Below are positions 48,378 to 58,801 of a DNA stretch of 64,000 nucleotides, in pieces. The notes under the pieces were generated by a model. The model was given only the letters and a program-made list of their open reading frames with translations. It did not search any database and was not told where the DNA came from. Within the stretch, counting starts at the first letter, position 1. Every line of letters begins with the position of its first letter. This DNA comes from a virus, in the IMG/VR virus record IMGVR_UViG_3300036770_005754, positions 71,472-135,471 of that record; one strand, given 5' to 3'. A program made the position numbers and the translations under genes.

Positions 48378-49160
48378 TCACCATAACCATAGTCCCATTG
48401 GTTCACCTAGTTTCAGTGCGTTCTCAACAAGCTCCGCTTTCATTTTCTCGCCCTCCTGGACTAGATCGGAACCATCATAACTAATCGAACCACCATCTGG
48501 AGTTGGCATTCCTTGTATTTTTCTGCGAGAATGCCCAAGGACACATTTTGCTTCAGCCAACATCATGTCATAACAGATTTTTCTTGCCTGAGGACTTCGA
48601 AAATGATCGATAACAGGCACATACATTACCACCACCGGGAACGCGCCCTTTGGAGTCGGATACAATCTAATCATCTGATCCTTAGCACTGAGAGAATCAC
48701 CTTGAGCATTACTGACACCCTCATTGATGACTTCCCAATGTCCTTCTGTGCCAAGGATTTTCTGGGAGAATTTTCTATAAGCCTGCAATAAATGGTAATC
48801 AGTCAGTATATTCTGTATACCAGATATATTGCCGATATTGAACAGAAATGATTCAGCACCGAAAACATCATCAATCCTGGTGGTGACTGGGTCCCAGCTG
48901 ACTTGTTGAATCCAGTAAGCATCGTGTGGTAGTGGGTATGTCGATTGTAATGGGCTGGTATAGAACAAGCCCAGTTTCTGTTCTCTCGGGAAGTATCCAG
49001 CTATGAAATCCCCAGACACTTTCCAGATAGTTTCCCACTGGTCTTCTGTTATTTCTACTTCGACTACTGGATGTCCTAGTTGTGTCAGGACATATTTTTT
49101 CATCGGCTCGCTACGCAGCTTTAGGACTGATGGTAGGTCTGCTGGTGCTATTATTGCCAT
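48378..49160 (-). CDS. Neck/head-tail adaptor protein (gp13-like)
   Basis: YVL..LG.PVVEVEI...Q, LA.AK..LG..R.K....P.P.GG....G..L..EG..M..EL. Confidence 0.8.
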   Translation of the reverse strand: MAIIAPADLPSVLKLRSEPMKKYVLTQLGHPVVEVEITEDQWETIWKVSGDFIAGYFPREQKLGLFYTSPLQSTYPLPHDAYWIQQVSWDPVTTRIDDVFGAESFLFNIGNISGIQNILTDYHLLQAYRKFSQKILGTEGHWEVINEGVSNAQGDSLSAKDQMIRLYPTPKGAFPVVVMYVPVIDHFRSPQARKICYDMMLAEAKCVLGHSRRKIQGMPTPDGGSISYDGSDLVQEGEKMKAELVENALKLGEPMGLWLW

Positions 49161-49172
49161 TTTCGATCGTTT

Positions 49173-49709
49173 TCACAGAGGAAAGTGGTATCCCTTGTCC
49201 CCATATGTAACACCAGAATATTCTATTCTAAATATTGAATAGATTATGTCTGGTGGTAATGTGCTGAGTTCTGTCTCTATGGTTGTCTTCAGGTTCTTGA
49301 CTCCGCTGTCTATCGTTGACACTGGGCCTGTTAAACATGGTGAAGAACCTGGACCGTCGAGTGTTTCTCCGGCGTGTATTAGTTGTTTGTCCGGATGTGG
49401 CTGTGTATTATTGGCTCCGGCATTGTAGAAACCGGTTATCATTGTTTGGGCAGGTACTTCACCGATTTGTGGTTTTACTGCTAGTCCTGCTGACATTCCT
49501 CCAAAGCCGCTGCTTGTACTTTGTGATAATTGTTGACCACCGCCTGGCGTCGCTAGATTCAGTGATGTGTTTTGACTAAGTGCTTCGTACATGTAACTGG
49601 CTATTTTTTGCATGTCTCGCCAGTTTTCGAATTTTTTACTCTTTCTTAAGCCAGATCCATGGTTTGGTACTATGCGGATATGTGCTGTAAACGGTACCCA
49701 TCTTGCCAT
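49173..49709 (-). CDS. Hypothetical protein
   Basis: 178 aa, SD GAGGTG, with upstream CAAAAATA. Confidence 0.7.
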   Translation of the reverse strand: MARWVPFTAHIRIVPNHGSGLRKSKKFENWRDMQKIASYMYEALSQNTSLNLATPGGGQQLSQSTSSGFGGMSAGLAVKPQIGEVPAQTMITGFYNAGANNTQPHPDKQLIHAGETLDGPGSSPCLTGPVSTIDSGVKNLKTTIETELSTLPPDIIYSIFRIEYSGVTYGDKGYHFPL

Positions 49710-49752
49710 TTTATCACCTCATTTTGGAATATACGGTATTTTTGATTTATTT

Positions 49753-50424
49753 TCATTGGCGATATAATGGGTGTACGTTGCTTTCGCATGGTCCTAGGAT
49801 TATTCTGTCTCTGGAGCTTATTAGGGTGTTGATTAAGTTGACTATCTCGGATTGATCTGCTGGGTCGTTTGGTATGTTGTCGGTTTTTTCTTTTATTAGT
49901 AGCAATGTTTCTTGTAGTGCTTTGTCGTTTGTGGCCGTATCGACTATCGTTGATATTAGCTCTTTCAGGTCGGTGCTTATTACGCGTTCTGATACTGCAC
50001 CGGTTTGGAATGCTTCTTCTGATATGCTGTCTTTTTGGGTTGTGTACAGTGTTGATGCGACGTAGTTCTCGTTTGTGACTTTTACTGTTCTGTTTTCATC
50101 TTCTGCTATTAGAACTTGGTCTAATATTTGTGCTCTTTCTTCTGTCCATGATTGTGCGTCTGGTATTTCATATGCTTGGTATACTGCTTCTTCTGATTTT
50201 ATCCTGACATACCATTGTGCTAGGCAGGTTTCTTCTGAGTCTGTAGCTATTATTTGGTATATTCCTGGTGCGTGATCTATGAATTGACATGTCCACATTG
50301 CTGCTGCGTTTGTGGCTTTGGTTATGTTGATCCCAGTCCCAACCACTGTGTCAGTTCCTATTTGGAATGTTTTCACAGTGGTTGGTGTTCCTTGGGCTCC
50401 GAACCGCACTGTTTGCGTTGTCAT
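49753..50424 (-). CDS. Hypothetical protein
   Basis: 223 aa; IK.KTDNIP.DPADQS motif. Confidence 0.7.
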   Translation of the reverse strand: MTTQTVRFGAQGTPTTVKTFQIGTDTVVGTGINITKATNAAAMWTCQFIDHAPGIYQIIATDSEETCLAQWYVRIKSEEAVYQAYEIPDAQSWTEERAQILDQVLIAEDENRTVKVTNENYVASTLYTTQKDSISEEAFQTGAVSERVISTDLKELISTIVDTATNDKALQETLLLIKEKTDNIPNDPADQSEIVNLINTLISSRDRIILGPCESNVHPLYRQ

Positions 50425-50645
50425 TTTTCTACTTGTTGTTTTAGACGGTTAAGCAGATCTGTGCATGTTGATAGGACGTTTGATGCTTTGACCATGGATT
50501 CTTGGCCAGCTGTTGCTAGTTGTGCGTTTGCTATTTGTTTTGCTCCTGTTTCCATTAGCACCATTATGTTCATGTAGTCGTTTTTGGTGATTCCTACTTG
50601 GATGATTTCGGGTTGTTCTGTTGAATCTGCTTGCGAGTTTTGCAT
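50421..50645 (-). CDS. Hypothetical protein
   Basis: 74 aa; ATGA overlap with the next gene. Confidence 0.6.
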   Translation of the reverse strand: MQNSQADSTEQPEIIQVGITKNDYMNIMVLMETGAKQIANAQLATAGQESMVKASNVLSTCTDLLNRLKQQVEK

Positions 50646-50702
50646 TGTGGCTTCTCTTAATGTTTATGAATTTTGACCGTTGTTTGATTATTTACTGATT
50701 GA

Positions 50703-51422
50703 TTATACCGGTTCTGTCGGCTGTTCAACTGGTACTATTGGTTCTACTGGCGGTTCTGGCGGTTCTGGCGGCTGTTCAACTGGTGCTATTGGTTCTACTG
50801 GCGGTCCTGTCGGCTCTGTCGGCTCTGTCGGCTCTGTCGGCTGTTCAACTGGTGCTATTGGTTCTACTGGCGGTCCTGTCGGCTCTGTCGGCGGTTCAAC
50901 TGGTGCTATTGATTCGACTGGCTGCTCTGTCGGCGATTCAACTGGTACCACTGGCTCTGCTGGCAGCTCTGTCGGTTCTGTCGGCGGTTCACCTGGCTCT
51001 CCTGACTCTCCTGGCTCCATTGGCTCTATTGGCGGTTCAATTGGTTCTGTTGGATATCTATCTCCAGTTAAAACAATTGACCCACCAACTAACTCATATG
51101 GTACTGGGGATGAGACTTCTTCAGCTTTTATGATTCCAACAGAAGCTAAAAAGGTTCCCAAAGACCCATGATATTTAAATAATTCAACGTCTCCGCCAAG
51201 ATGGACAATGCCGTCATAAATGCCTGGTGGTGCTAAGAGCCTTAGTTCATTCAATATTTTTTGGGCGTCTTCGACTTTATATCCGGGAACGTTCCACATC
51301 ATTTCCCGGCCCATGTCATATAGTCGTTTGATTTCTTCTGAAACTTGATTTGCGAACAATAGCATTGCTCTTGCTCGTTCGCGATGTTCATTCTTTTGTT
51401 CTTCTACTTGAAATAGTGACAT
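50703..51422 (-). CDS. Hypothetical protein with Pro/Glu/Thr-rich repetitive C-terminus
   Basis: PVEQPTEP and PVEPIA repeats at about 50710-51050; SD GGAG. Confidence 0.75.
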   Translation of the reverse strand: MSLFQVEEQKNEHRERARAMLLFANQVSEEIKRLYDMGREMMWNVPGYKVEDAQKILNELRLLAPPGIYDGIVHLGGDVELFKYHGSLGTFLASVGIIKAEEVSSPVPYELVGGSIVLTGDRYPTEPIEPPIEPMEPGESGEPGEPPTEPTELPAEPVVPVESPTEQPVESIAPVEPPTEPTGPPVEPIAPVEQPTEPTEPTEPTGPPVEPIAPVEQPPEPPEPPVEPIVPVEQPTEPV

Positions 51423-51424
51423 AT

Positions 51425-53071
51425 TTATCTCCAATTGTTAGATTTTATAAATGGATTGGTTGGCACCCAGACACCGTTTTGTTTTATGTAATGACCTTCA
51501 GTTTGTTTCCATTCTCCGTTATTTTTGACCCATGTCTGGGAAAGCTCCGATGTTGTTTTCGGTGACTGTTGACGCATCGCGAACATTCCGCCGCGACCCA
51601 GTTGGTACAGGCTTCGCACCTCATTTGCCGACAGGGCGCGATTCCAAACTCCATAATCCGCGCCTAGTCCATTCAACTGCTGAAATGTGTTTTGCCCACC
51701 TGAAAACCACAGCGCGTTAGTCGAATTACCAAATACGCCAGTTGCTGACACCGTACTGCCGATCTGTAATCCATTTAAATAAACACGCATGGACGATCCA
51801 TCCCAAGTAGCCACCAAATGCTGCCATCCCGCTGAAATCAAAACCCCTGTACTGAGCGTTCTTAAAGTGCCGCCGGTTGTTAGATAAAATGTGATTGCTG
51901 ATGCTTCGTGCATTAAAATGAACCCGGAACCGCTCCATTTTGACATGTATCGCCGTTGCCCTGATACAGCGCGATCCGATATCCAGCAGGCGAGCGACAG
52001 CGATGAAAGTCCGGCGTATAGCGCAGGATTCCCACAGTTAACAATGTCATTTGAACCATCAAAATCCAATGCGTATTTCCCACCACTCACCACCCAATCC
52101 GTCGCCGCGTCCATGTTTGTGAGCGTGCCGTGGTTTTTATATGGTCCGTGATCTATTAATCTAGTTCCTGTTGGGCCCAAACTAGGACTCCATGCTCCGA
52201 CTACACCTTTCCATAAATTTGGATATAATGGCTCCCCATCTCTTGGGGCGAAGCCATTGTGATAGCTAGGTTCGATTGGTGGTCTATTAATTAAAGACGC
52301 TCTATCTCGGCGTATTATTGTTGTTGGTTGTGTGAATGAATATATTCGTCTTCGCGGTTTACGTTGCAACATTCCACCGCGACCAAGTTGATAAATATTC
52401 GTTATCTCATTAGCGGTTAAACCTCGATCCCATAAGATAGCATCAGATACTAAGCCATCAAACGAATATGTTATATTAAGCACAGGTAATCTAGCACTAT
52501 TTCTACCTATGAAAAAATTATTTGTTCCAATCGCTGTAGACTCTGAGTCATGAATTCGAATATTGTTTTGGTAAAGTTGATATCGAGAGCCATTATTCAC
52601 AATAGTAAAAAGATGCCATGAAGCACGATTAACAAGCGGCGAAGGAGTGGCTGTAGCTCGACCTGTTCGCAACACCTCCATATAAATCATACCATCAGTC
52701 CAAACATAATGAGACCCAAAATTCGAGCTATCTTGAGCAAATGGAGGAGATGTCCTAGATTGACTTGTTGGTGTTGCCAGCCTTAATTTACACCAGCACG
52801 ACATTGTAGCTGCATTAAGAGGTTGTACCGACCCAAGACTGCAAAAATCATCAACTCCATCAAATTCTAGTGCATATTGCCCATCGCTAATAATCCAGTC
52901 ATTGGCCACGTCCATATTAGTAAGTGAACCCCAATTATTGCTGCGACTGACATCATATAATCTCGACCCAGTCGGACCAAGAGATGGCGACCAATATCCA
53001 ACTACACCATCCCATAATTCTGGATTGTTAGATTCATCGTAAGTGCCATAATTACTCCAATCTGGTCTCAT
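51425..53071 (-). CDS. Tandem LamG/concanavalin-A-like lectin domain protein
   Basis: Two copies of LW.GVVG.WSPSLGPTG.RL.D...G.LTNMD...DW..S.G.YAL.FDG..D, plus WQHLVATWDG...YLNG and W.RAL.A.E. Confidence 0.88.
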   Translation of the reverse strand: MRPDWSNYGTYDESNNPELWDGVVGYWSPSLGPTGSRLYDVSRSNNWGSLTNMDVANDWIISDGQYALEFDGVDDFCSLGSVQPLNAATMSCWCKLRLATPTSQSRTSPPFAQDSSNFGSHYVWTDGMIYMEVLRTGRATATPSPLVNRASWHLFTIVNNGSRYQLYQNNIRIHDSESTAIGTNNFFIGRNSARLPVLNITYSFDGLVSDAILWDRGLTANEITNIYQLGRGGMLQRKPRRRIYSFTQPTTIIRRDRASLINRPPIEPSYHNGFAPRDGEPLYPNLWKGVVGAWSPSLGPTGTRLIDHGPYKNHGTLTNMDAATDWVVSGGKYALDFDGSNDIVNCGNPALYAGLSSLSLACWISDRAVSGQRRYMSKWSGSGFILMHEASAITFYLTTGGTLRTLSTGVLISAGWQHLVATWDGSSMRVYLNGLQIGSTVSATGVFGNSTNALWFSGGQNTFQQLNGLGADYGVWNRALSANEVRSLYQLGRGGMFAMRQQSPKTTSELSQTWVKNNGEWKQTEGHYIKQNGVWVPTNPFIKSNNWR

Positions 53072-53625
53072 GATAAAGTGTCCACTATTGCAGGGTATAT
53101 CGGCACAACAATTAATCGAGAATCATTATCAATTGGTGTCGTTTCATTCCGAATAGCCTGCCCGAGATTATTATCGACGATCGGAGCAACATACCTCCCG
53201 CGAGGATACCATACAGACGGGTCTTGTGTTAGAACAGTATTGCCATCTGGTGTTGCGATAAGAGTAACCACTGGTCGTGGGGCTTGTCGCAGGTTCGCAT
53301 CTAGCGTACCTAGTGTATACGCCCCATCTGAACCAGTTACTTTTGCTGGCCATAAGGTGTTATTATATGATGATACCAAATATGCTTCCACAGTCAAGCC
53401 AGCAGTAGGTGCCGTACCAGTTTCAATCGAGAGATAAACTAGACAGAATTCGGGAAGTAGGAAGATATTACCAACGCTCAACGCTAGGTCCGCAGATTGC
53501 CCTTGTTGTGCCGACCCATTAGCGAGGTTGTTGAATGACAACTCCCTAGTGACCCCAGTTGCTCCGGGTTGCCCCCAAACAATTGCTGTGCCTTGTACGG
53601 TGCCAGAGAAATCAGGTAATGCCAT
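53068..53625 (-). CDS. Hypothetical virion protein (MALPD family, paralog of 53658-54194)
   Basis: Shared MALPD start, LANG...A.Q, PTAG..V..Y, G.D..YT and P.G.YV...DN..G.A. Confidence 0.75.
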   Translation of the reverse strand: MALPDFSGTVQGTAIVWGQPGATGVTRELSFNNLANGSAQQGQSADLALSVGNIFLLPEFCLVYLSIETGTAPTAGLTVEAYLVSSYNNTLWPAKVTGSDGAYTLGTLDANLRQAPRPVVTLIATPDGNTVLTQDPSVWYPRGRYVAPIVDNNLGQAIRNETTPIDNDSRLIVVPIYPAIVDTLS

Positions 53626-53657
53626 TTGTTATACCCTCTCTATTTTGTATATTAAAC

Positions 53658-54194
53658 TCATAAACTATCCTCAACAGATTCTTCTAATGGAGTTAATCGA
53701 ATTACCATATTTTCCGCACTAGAATGAAAAGCCGCCCCACTGCGATTATCGATTACCAAATTAACATATGGGCCTTTTGGAAACATTAATCCGACAAGAG
53801 ATTTTTGAATCGTTGGGGTTGCTATAGCTGAACATATGTGAGCCCCAAGAAATTCCAATTGGCGAATAGCCACATCAATGTCATTATTATATCCAGTATA
53901 TGGGGCGTCATTTCCGCTGGTATTGCCTTGCCCAGCACCGTTTTCATTAGTATATGATGCGTAAAAGTTTACAGAATTCCCTGCCGTAGGGGTTGCCGCC
54001 ATTTCTAGTTCTACGTCAACTTTCCATCTTTGGGCCCATTTTGGACCAAGGAATAGGGTTTGAGTCTGTCTAGCACCCGCACTAGTGCCGTTGCCATTAG
54101 CAAGGCTGGTGAGTGTTACTACGGCATCACCGCCTGATGTTTTAATTGTTTTCGGGGTGCCCGATTGTGTTTTTGAATAGTCTGGTAAAGCCAT
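53658..54194 (-). CDS. Hypothetical virion protein (MALPD family)
   Basis: Same shared motifs as its paralog; upstream tandem CAAATTTA motifs. Confidence 0.75.
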   Translation of the reverse strand: MALPDYSKTQSGTPKTIKTSGGDAVVTLTSLANGNGTSAGARQTQTLFLGPKWAQRWKVDVELEMAATPTAGNSVNFYASYTNENGAGQGNTSGNDAPYTGYNNDIDVAIRQLEFLGAHICSAIATPTIQKSLVGLMFPKGPYVNLVIDNRSGAAFHSSAENMVIRLTPLEESVEDSL

Positions 54195-54199
54195 AATAA

Positions 54200-54352
54200 T
54201 TATCCTACTAAGTTAAATTTGTATAAATTTGAGTGGTGACAGTTTGCCCTGTGGTCGATCTCCGAACGCACTTTGCAGAGCAGTTCATCGGCTGCCATTT
54301 GAGCCTGAGTTGCCTGCGGGATTGGATTGGTTGCAAAAATGCCGTCTGTCAT
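54200..54352 (-). pseudogene. 50-codon ORF, probably a truncated gene remnant (MTDGIFATNPIPQATQAQMAADELL...)
   Basis: Manual translation; starts 5 bp after the fibre gene stop and is GC-rich, then runs into AT-rich promoter-like DNA. Confidence 0.4.
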
Positions 54353-54357
54353 GTTGA

Positions 54358-56100
54358 TTATGTTCCGTATGCGAGATCTGCTATCTCAATAATTACAACC
54401 CATCGCCATATTTCCGATGCAATTCCAGTCACAGAAAACTGTACTGCTTCATTTGTATCGTCCGCAGTAACGGCGAGATCAGTGCTCGCATTGTCTTCGT
54501 GGTCTGTGCCAATCGTTTCCACATACACCAATGTGGTGGTACTGCCAACTCGTTTGATTGCGCCCTTCCGGACATAATGGGCAATGGCTGATCCGTCAGA
54601 TTTACTACCGATAACATTCGCGATAAAACCCCAAACCTTACCAGCAGGAAGTACCGGGCGAACGCTTTGATCGCTACGCAAAAACAAAACAGCGGGCGTT
54701 GCATCTGTTGTTTTGTTTGATGCGATTAGCCGCAAATATTGAGCGTCACCATTTGCCGAAAAACGCCATCCTGCGTGTGCTCGCGACGCATACAGGCCCG
54801 CGACTGCATGCCGACCAGTCGCAAATGAAACATCTCCGCTTGCCGCATCCGAATCGCCAATAGCTGCCGACGCAAATCCTGTTGCACTGGAAGCGATACC
54901 CATTGCAAATGTATACGCAGACCCTGTACTGCACCACGCGCCAGCAGCAAGCGACGACGATCCCAATGCCACCTGAGAGGCAGCACTTCGCACTGTCTGT
55001 AGGTCAACCGCGTTAGCCCCGCGTGCATTTCCGCCTGCAGTTGTGCCGTCTGGGACTTGCAGCGAAAACGCCCCTGAACCCTTCGGCACGATACTCACGG
55101 AAACATTCGTGCTGCTGCCAGTCGCCTGCAATGAAACGTGATTAACAGTATTATTGGGTGAGGTCGTGTAATTGACTGGGATCTCAAAACCTTGAACCCG
55201 CAAGACGCGGTCGCTGCCGCCCGCCGAGCCTTTTTCAGTCGCGATTGTACAAACGTTACCGGACCAGCCTATTGACAACCGCTCGTAGGAGGTGCTGCTC
55301 GTGAATGTATTGTAAATGCGGTAGGTTTGTGGATTTGTCGCACTTCGCTGCTCTAAAACCTGCGGCGAGCCAAACCCTAATAATGTAACGCTGCCGCTTA
55401 TTTGAATTCCGCCCGAAGAATTTAATTGCAAATTATTTACTGCGCTAGCATTCGTCCTGAACTGTATAAAACCACCAACGTTATTGTCGATGTATAGGTT
55501 GGCGCCGAATACGGAAACCCTGTGGTCATTGGTCCCAGTACCGAGTCGAATGTCTGCAGAATTAAAATACTTGATCCCGAGAAACCGTTGTGTGTCTGTC
55601 GTCACCACACCCCGAGCGGTTGCACTTGCGTCTGGTATGTTGAGTGTGTGAACAGTCCCCTCACTAACAATGTTAAAGTCAGTGCCAGCGGCCCCAGTGA
55701 CAATAGTCTGAGGGCTCACTGTAAGACCATTCAAGGAGGCAATACCGGTAGCATTAATGTTCCAACTTCTATTAGCCGATAAATCGTAGCTAACATTATT
55801 AATAGTGATAGTTCTAGCCTCTGGGACATAGTTCGTTAGCCCAACCGCTTCTTGGTACTGGAAATAGATATCCCCATCTGAACCACCGCTTGGTTCAATC
55901 GTCCCTGACGTAATTTTGGGAACGACGACACCGTCGGCGGTAATAACGCCGTTCTTGTTGACAGAGAACTTACTGGCATTGTTGACCAGCAGGTCTATGA
56001 GTGTACTTCCACCACCAGAAGCTATATCATTGATATTAGCTTTGATGCATGTTAAGTCAACTCCGGAATTATTCCATGTTGGGGCGAATTGTATTGTCAT
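54358..56100 (-). CDS. Tail fibre/adhesin-like protein, paralog A
   Basis: Gly/Ser/Thr-rich; GNARGANAVDLQT and YadA-head-like A.G..S.A.G repeats; modules shared with neighbours. Confidence 0.75.
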   Translation of the reverse strand: MTIQFAPTWNNSGVDLTCIKANINDIASGGGSTLIDLLVNNASKFSVNKNGVITADGVVVPKITSGTIEPSGGSDGDIYFQYQEAVGLTNYVPEARTITINNVSYDLSANRSWNINATGIASLNGLTVSPQTIVTGAAGTDFNIVSEGTVHTLNIPDASATARGVVTTDTQRFLGIKYFNSADIRLGTGTNDHRVSVFGANLYIDNNVGGFIQFRTNASAVNNLQLNSSGGIQISGSVTLLGFGSPQVLEQRSATNPQTYRIYNTFTSSTSYERLSIGWSGNVCTIATEKGSAGGSDRVLRVQGFEIPVNYTTSPNNTVNHVSLQATGSSTNVSVSIVPKGSGAFSLQVPDGTTAGGNARGANAVDLQTVRSAASQVALGSSSLAAGAWCSTGSAYTFAMGIASSATGFASAAIGDSDAASGDVSFATGRHAVAGLYASRAHAGWRFSANGDAQYLRLIASNKTTDATPAVLFLRSDQSVRPVLPAGKVWGFIANVIGSKSDGSAIAHYVRKGAIKRVGSTTTLVYVETIGTDHEDNASTDLAVTADDTNEAVQFSVTGIASEIWRWVVIIEIADLAYGT

Positions 56101-57160
56101 ATCAAACTCCGTAAGCTAATTCTGCGCCACTAACTACTGCTATCCACCGCCAGGTCTCATTCAACACACCGGTTACAGAGATTTCAAGAGCGTCGTTTGT
56201 GTTGTCAGCTGTTATTGACAAATTGCACAATGATGGATTATAGTCAGTACCTATTGTTTCTGGTGTTGCTTCTAACGATGTTGTACCACCGACATTTTTA
56301 ATATCGACTGTGCGCCTAAATCTAGCTCCTACCGATCCGTCGGACTTGAACCCCTTGATCATTACATCTGCAGACAAACCTTTACCCGATGGAATCGTCA
56401 AGCGAGCAGATGAACCATTTAGAAACAAGGTCACTGCGGAATCGGTTGTGGTTTTGTTACGGAGAACAAATTCCACTGCTTGACAATCGCCGGCGGCAGC
56501 AAAGCGGCCGGAAGCGCGGGCATCCATACCGTAACGATCTGCGACTGCCCGATAGCCACCAAACACGGATGAATATGCTGCCGATGCAGTATTTTCGCCG
56601 CCGCCAATTGCTGCGGCATCTTCGCTTTGAGCGCGATTGAATCCACCACCAGCCATCGCCCGCAGACCCGTAGCCTCGGAATATCTGCCCCCAAGATTTG
56701 CGGAATAACCTGCACTTGCGATTCCTTCTGCCCCGGCAGAAAACGAAAAATCACCCGTGGCTTGTCCGAAAATACAGGCCGAATTATTACCACTCGCCCG
56801 CACTGCCGACGGACCAAGAAACGACGCACTCCCGCTCGCCACGTCTGCGGCTGCACTACGCGATGTTGTGCGCAGGTCAACAGCGTTTGCGCCCCTCGCA
56901 TTGCCGCCCGCAGTCGTGCCATCAGGCACCACCAGCGAAAACGCACCCGATCCCTTCGGCACGATCGACACCGAAACATTCGTGCTAGCACCAGTCGCCT
57001 GAAATGAAACGTGATTAACAGTATTATTGGGTGAGGCCGTGTAGTTGACTGGGATCTCAAAACCCTGAACCCTAAGAACGCGGTCGCTGCCGCCCGCCGA
57101 GCCTTTTTCAGTTGCGATTGTGCAAACGTTACCGGACCAGCCTATTGACAACCGCTCGTA
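55001..57160. repeat. Dispersed direct repeat 55001-55287 / 56874-57160 (shared fibre module)
   Basis: Near-identical DNA at offset 1873, encoding SYERLSIGWSGNVCTIATEKG...ANAVDL. Confidence 0.9.
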
Positions 57161-58801
57161 TGATGTGCCGCTGGTATCTATATTGTATATATGTAGCGAT
57201 TGCCCAGTCGTGGCGTTCGCTAAAGAAATTATATCACTCGAATTTCCTAATTTTGAATTTAAAAGAATCCTTCCAGCGGCTGCAGAAGTACCGGCACCTA
57301 CACCACCGCTACCGCCAGCAAGCACTACATTCCCACCAGCCCCATTTGTAGTCGCGCCGTCACCACCATTACCTGCGGTAATTGTGATCGTACCGCCCAA
57401 ACCGCCTATTCGAGTGCCTGATGCCGATACCGCAGCGCCACCATTACCAGCAGTTAGTCCTATTGATCCACCGACGCCGCCAGTAATAACTCCAGACGTT
57501 CCGGTGACCGCACCACCAGCACCACTAGTTATTGACAACGGACCACCGGATCCTCCTGTTCCACCAGCAGCGCTAGCGATATTACCACGCGCTGTGATAA
57601 TATTGATAGCCGCTCCAGTGCGTGCAGTACTCGACGAAGTATGTGTTGAACCACTACCAGTAGATATTGTAATAGGACCACCGACATAATTACCAGCACC
57701 ACCACTATTAGACGGTGTGAATATGTTCACAGCACCACTATCAAATAAAAACACACCGCCAGGAGCACCATTTGATCCTGCGCCAACGACATTTACACTC
57801 CCAGCCGTTGCAGACGCACCGCCGGGATTTCCGGCGTATATGGTGACACTGCCGCCAGAACTAGCCGTACTGCCAGTATTCGCCCCATTCCCTGCCCCAA
57901 TCACCACCGATCCACCAATGCCTATGGGGAATGGAGATCCCGACCCTGATGACGCAGCGTTTCCAGCTAGAACTGTGACGTTTCCACCCGCAGCTGCAGT
58001 TACACCAGTACTGCCAGCCACAGCACCTGCAGCTGTTATAATAATAGACTGCCCAGCTAAAGATGAATCAACTTGTGTCGGAGCACCACCAGCTATTCGT
58101 AATGCCTGATCGACCGGCCCATATAAGTGTGTTATTTCACCTAACCCAGACCCCCAATTCAACACAGCCGTGAGAGTTTTGGCTCCTGCAATCGTCTGTG
58201 ATCCAGTAGTAATCAGCCCTCTCGCAGTCGTACTCGCGTCCGGTAAATTAAAGGTTATACCAGAACCAGACTGACTTATATTGAAATCAGCACCAGAAGA
58301 ACCTACTGAAAAATTTACAGGAACAGTGGAGCCGTTAGACAAAATAAGCCCACTTTTATTCACAGAGAATTTGCTAACGTCATTAACTAACAGATCTATT
58401 AGCGTGCTTCCGCCACCAGATGCTACATCGATAGCGTTAGCCTTAATGCACGTCAAATCGACGCCAGACTCGTTCCATGTTGGGGCGAATTGTATTGTCA
58501 TATCAAACTCCGTAAGCTATTTCTGCGCCGCTAACTATTGCTATCCACCGCCAGGTTTCATTCAATACACCAGTCACCGATATTTCAAGTGTATCGTTTG
58601 TGTCATCCGCTATTATTGATAGGGCACATCGCAATGGATTATAGTCAGTGCCTATCGTTTCTGGTGTTGTTTCTAACGATGTTGTGCCACCGACATTTTT
58701 AATATCGACTGTGCGTCTAAATCTAGCTCCTATTGAGCCATCTGATTTAATACCTTTTATCAAAACATCTGCCGATAGCACTTTGCCGCTCGGTATCGTC
58801 A
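55960..58801. repeat. Dispersed direct repeat about 55960-56400 / 58361-58801 spanning gene junctions
   Basis: Offset 2401; covers the C-terminus (...WRWIA..SGAE.AYGV*) plus the next gene's start MTIQFAPTWN. Confidence 0.9.
56102..58501 (-). CDS. Tail fibre/adhesin-like protein, paralog B (Gly-rich central repeats)
   Basis: GG.V.I.AG.G repeats; N- and C-terminal modules shared with neighbours. Confidence 0.78.
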   Translation of the reverse strand: MTIQFAPTWNESGVDLTCIKANAIDVASGGGSTLIDLLVNDVSKFSVNKSGLILSNGSTVPVNFSVGSSGADFNISQSGSGITFNLPDASTTARGLITTGSQTIAGAKTLTAVLNWGSGLGEITHLYGPVDQALRIAGGAPTQVDSSLAGQSIIITAAGAVAGSTGVTAAAGGNVTVLAGNAASSGSGSPFPIGIGGSVVIGAGNGANTGSTASSGGSVTIYAGNPGGASATAGSVNVVGAGSNGAPGGVFLFDSGAVNIFTPSNSGGAGNYVGGPITISTGSGSTHTSSSTARTGAAINIITARGNIASAAGGTGGSGGPLSITSGAGGAVTGTSGVITGGVGGSIGLTAGNGGAAVSASGTRIGGLGGTITITAGNGGDGATTNGAGGNVVLAGGSGGVGAGTSAAAGRILLNSKLGNSSDIISLANATTGQSLHIYNIDTSGTSYERLSIGWSGNVCTIATEKGSAGGSDRVLRVQGFEIPVNYTASPNNTVNHVSFQATGASTNVSVSIVPKGSGAFSLVVPDGTTAGGNARGANAVDLRTTSRSAAADVASGSASFLGPSAVRASGNNSACIFGQATGDFSFSAGAEGIASAGYSANLGGRYSEATGLRAMAGGGFNRAQSEDAAAIGGGENTASAAYSSVFGGYRAVADRYGMDARASGRFAAAGDCQAVEFVLRNKTTTDSAVTLFLNGSSARLTIPSGKGLSADVMIKGFKSDGSVGARFRRTVDIKNVGGTTSLEATPETIGTDYNPSLCNLSITADNTNDALEISVTGVLNETWRWIAVVSGAELAYGV

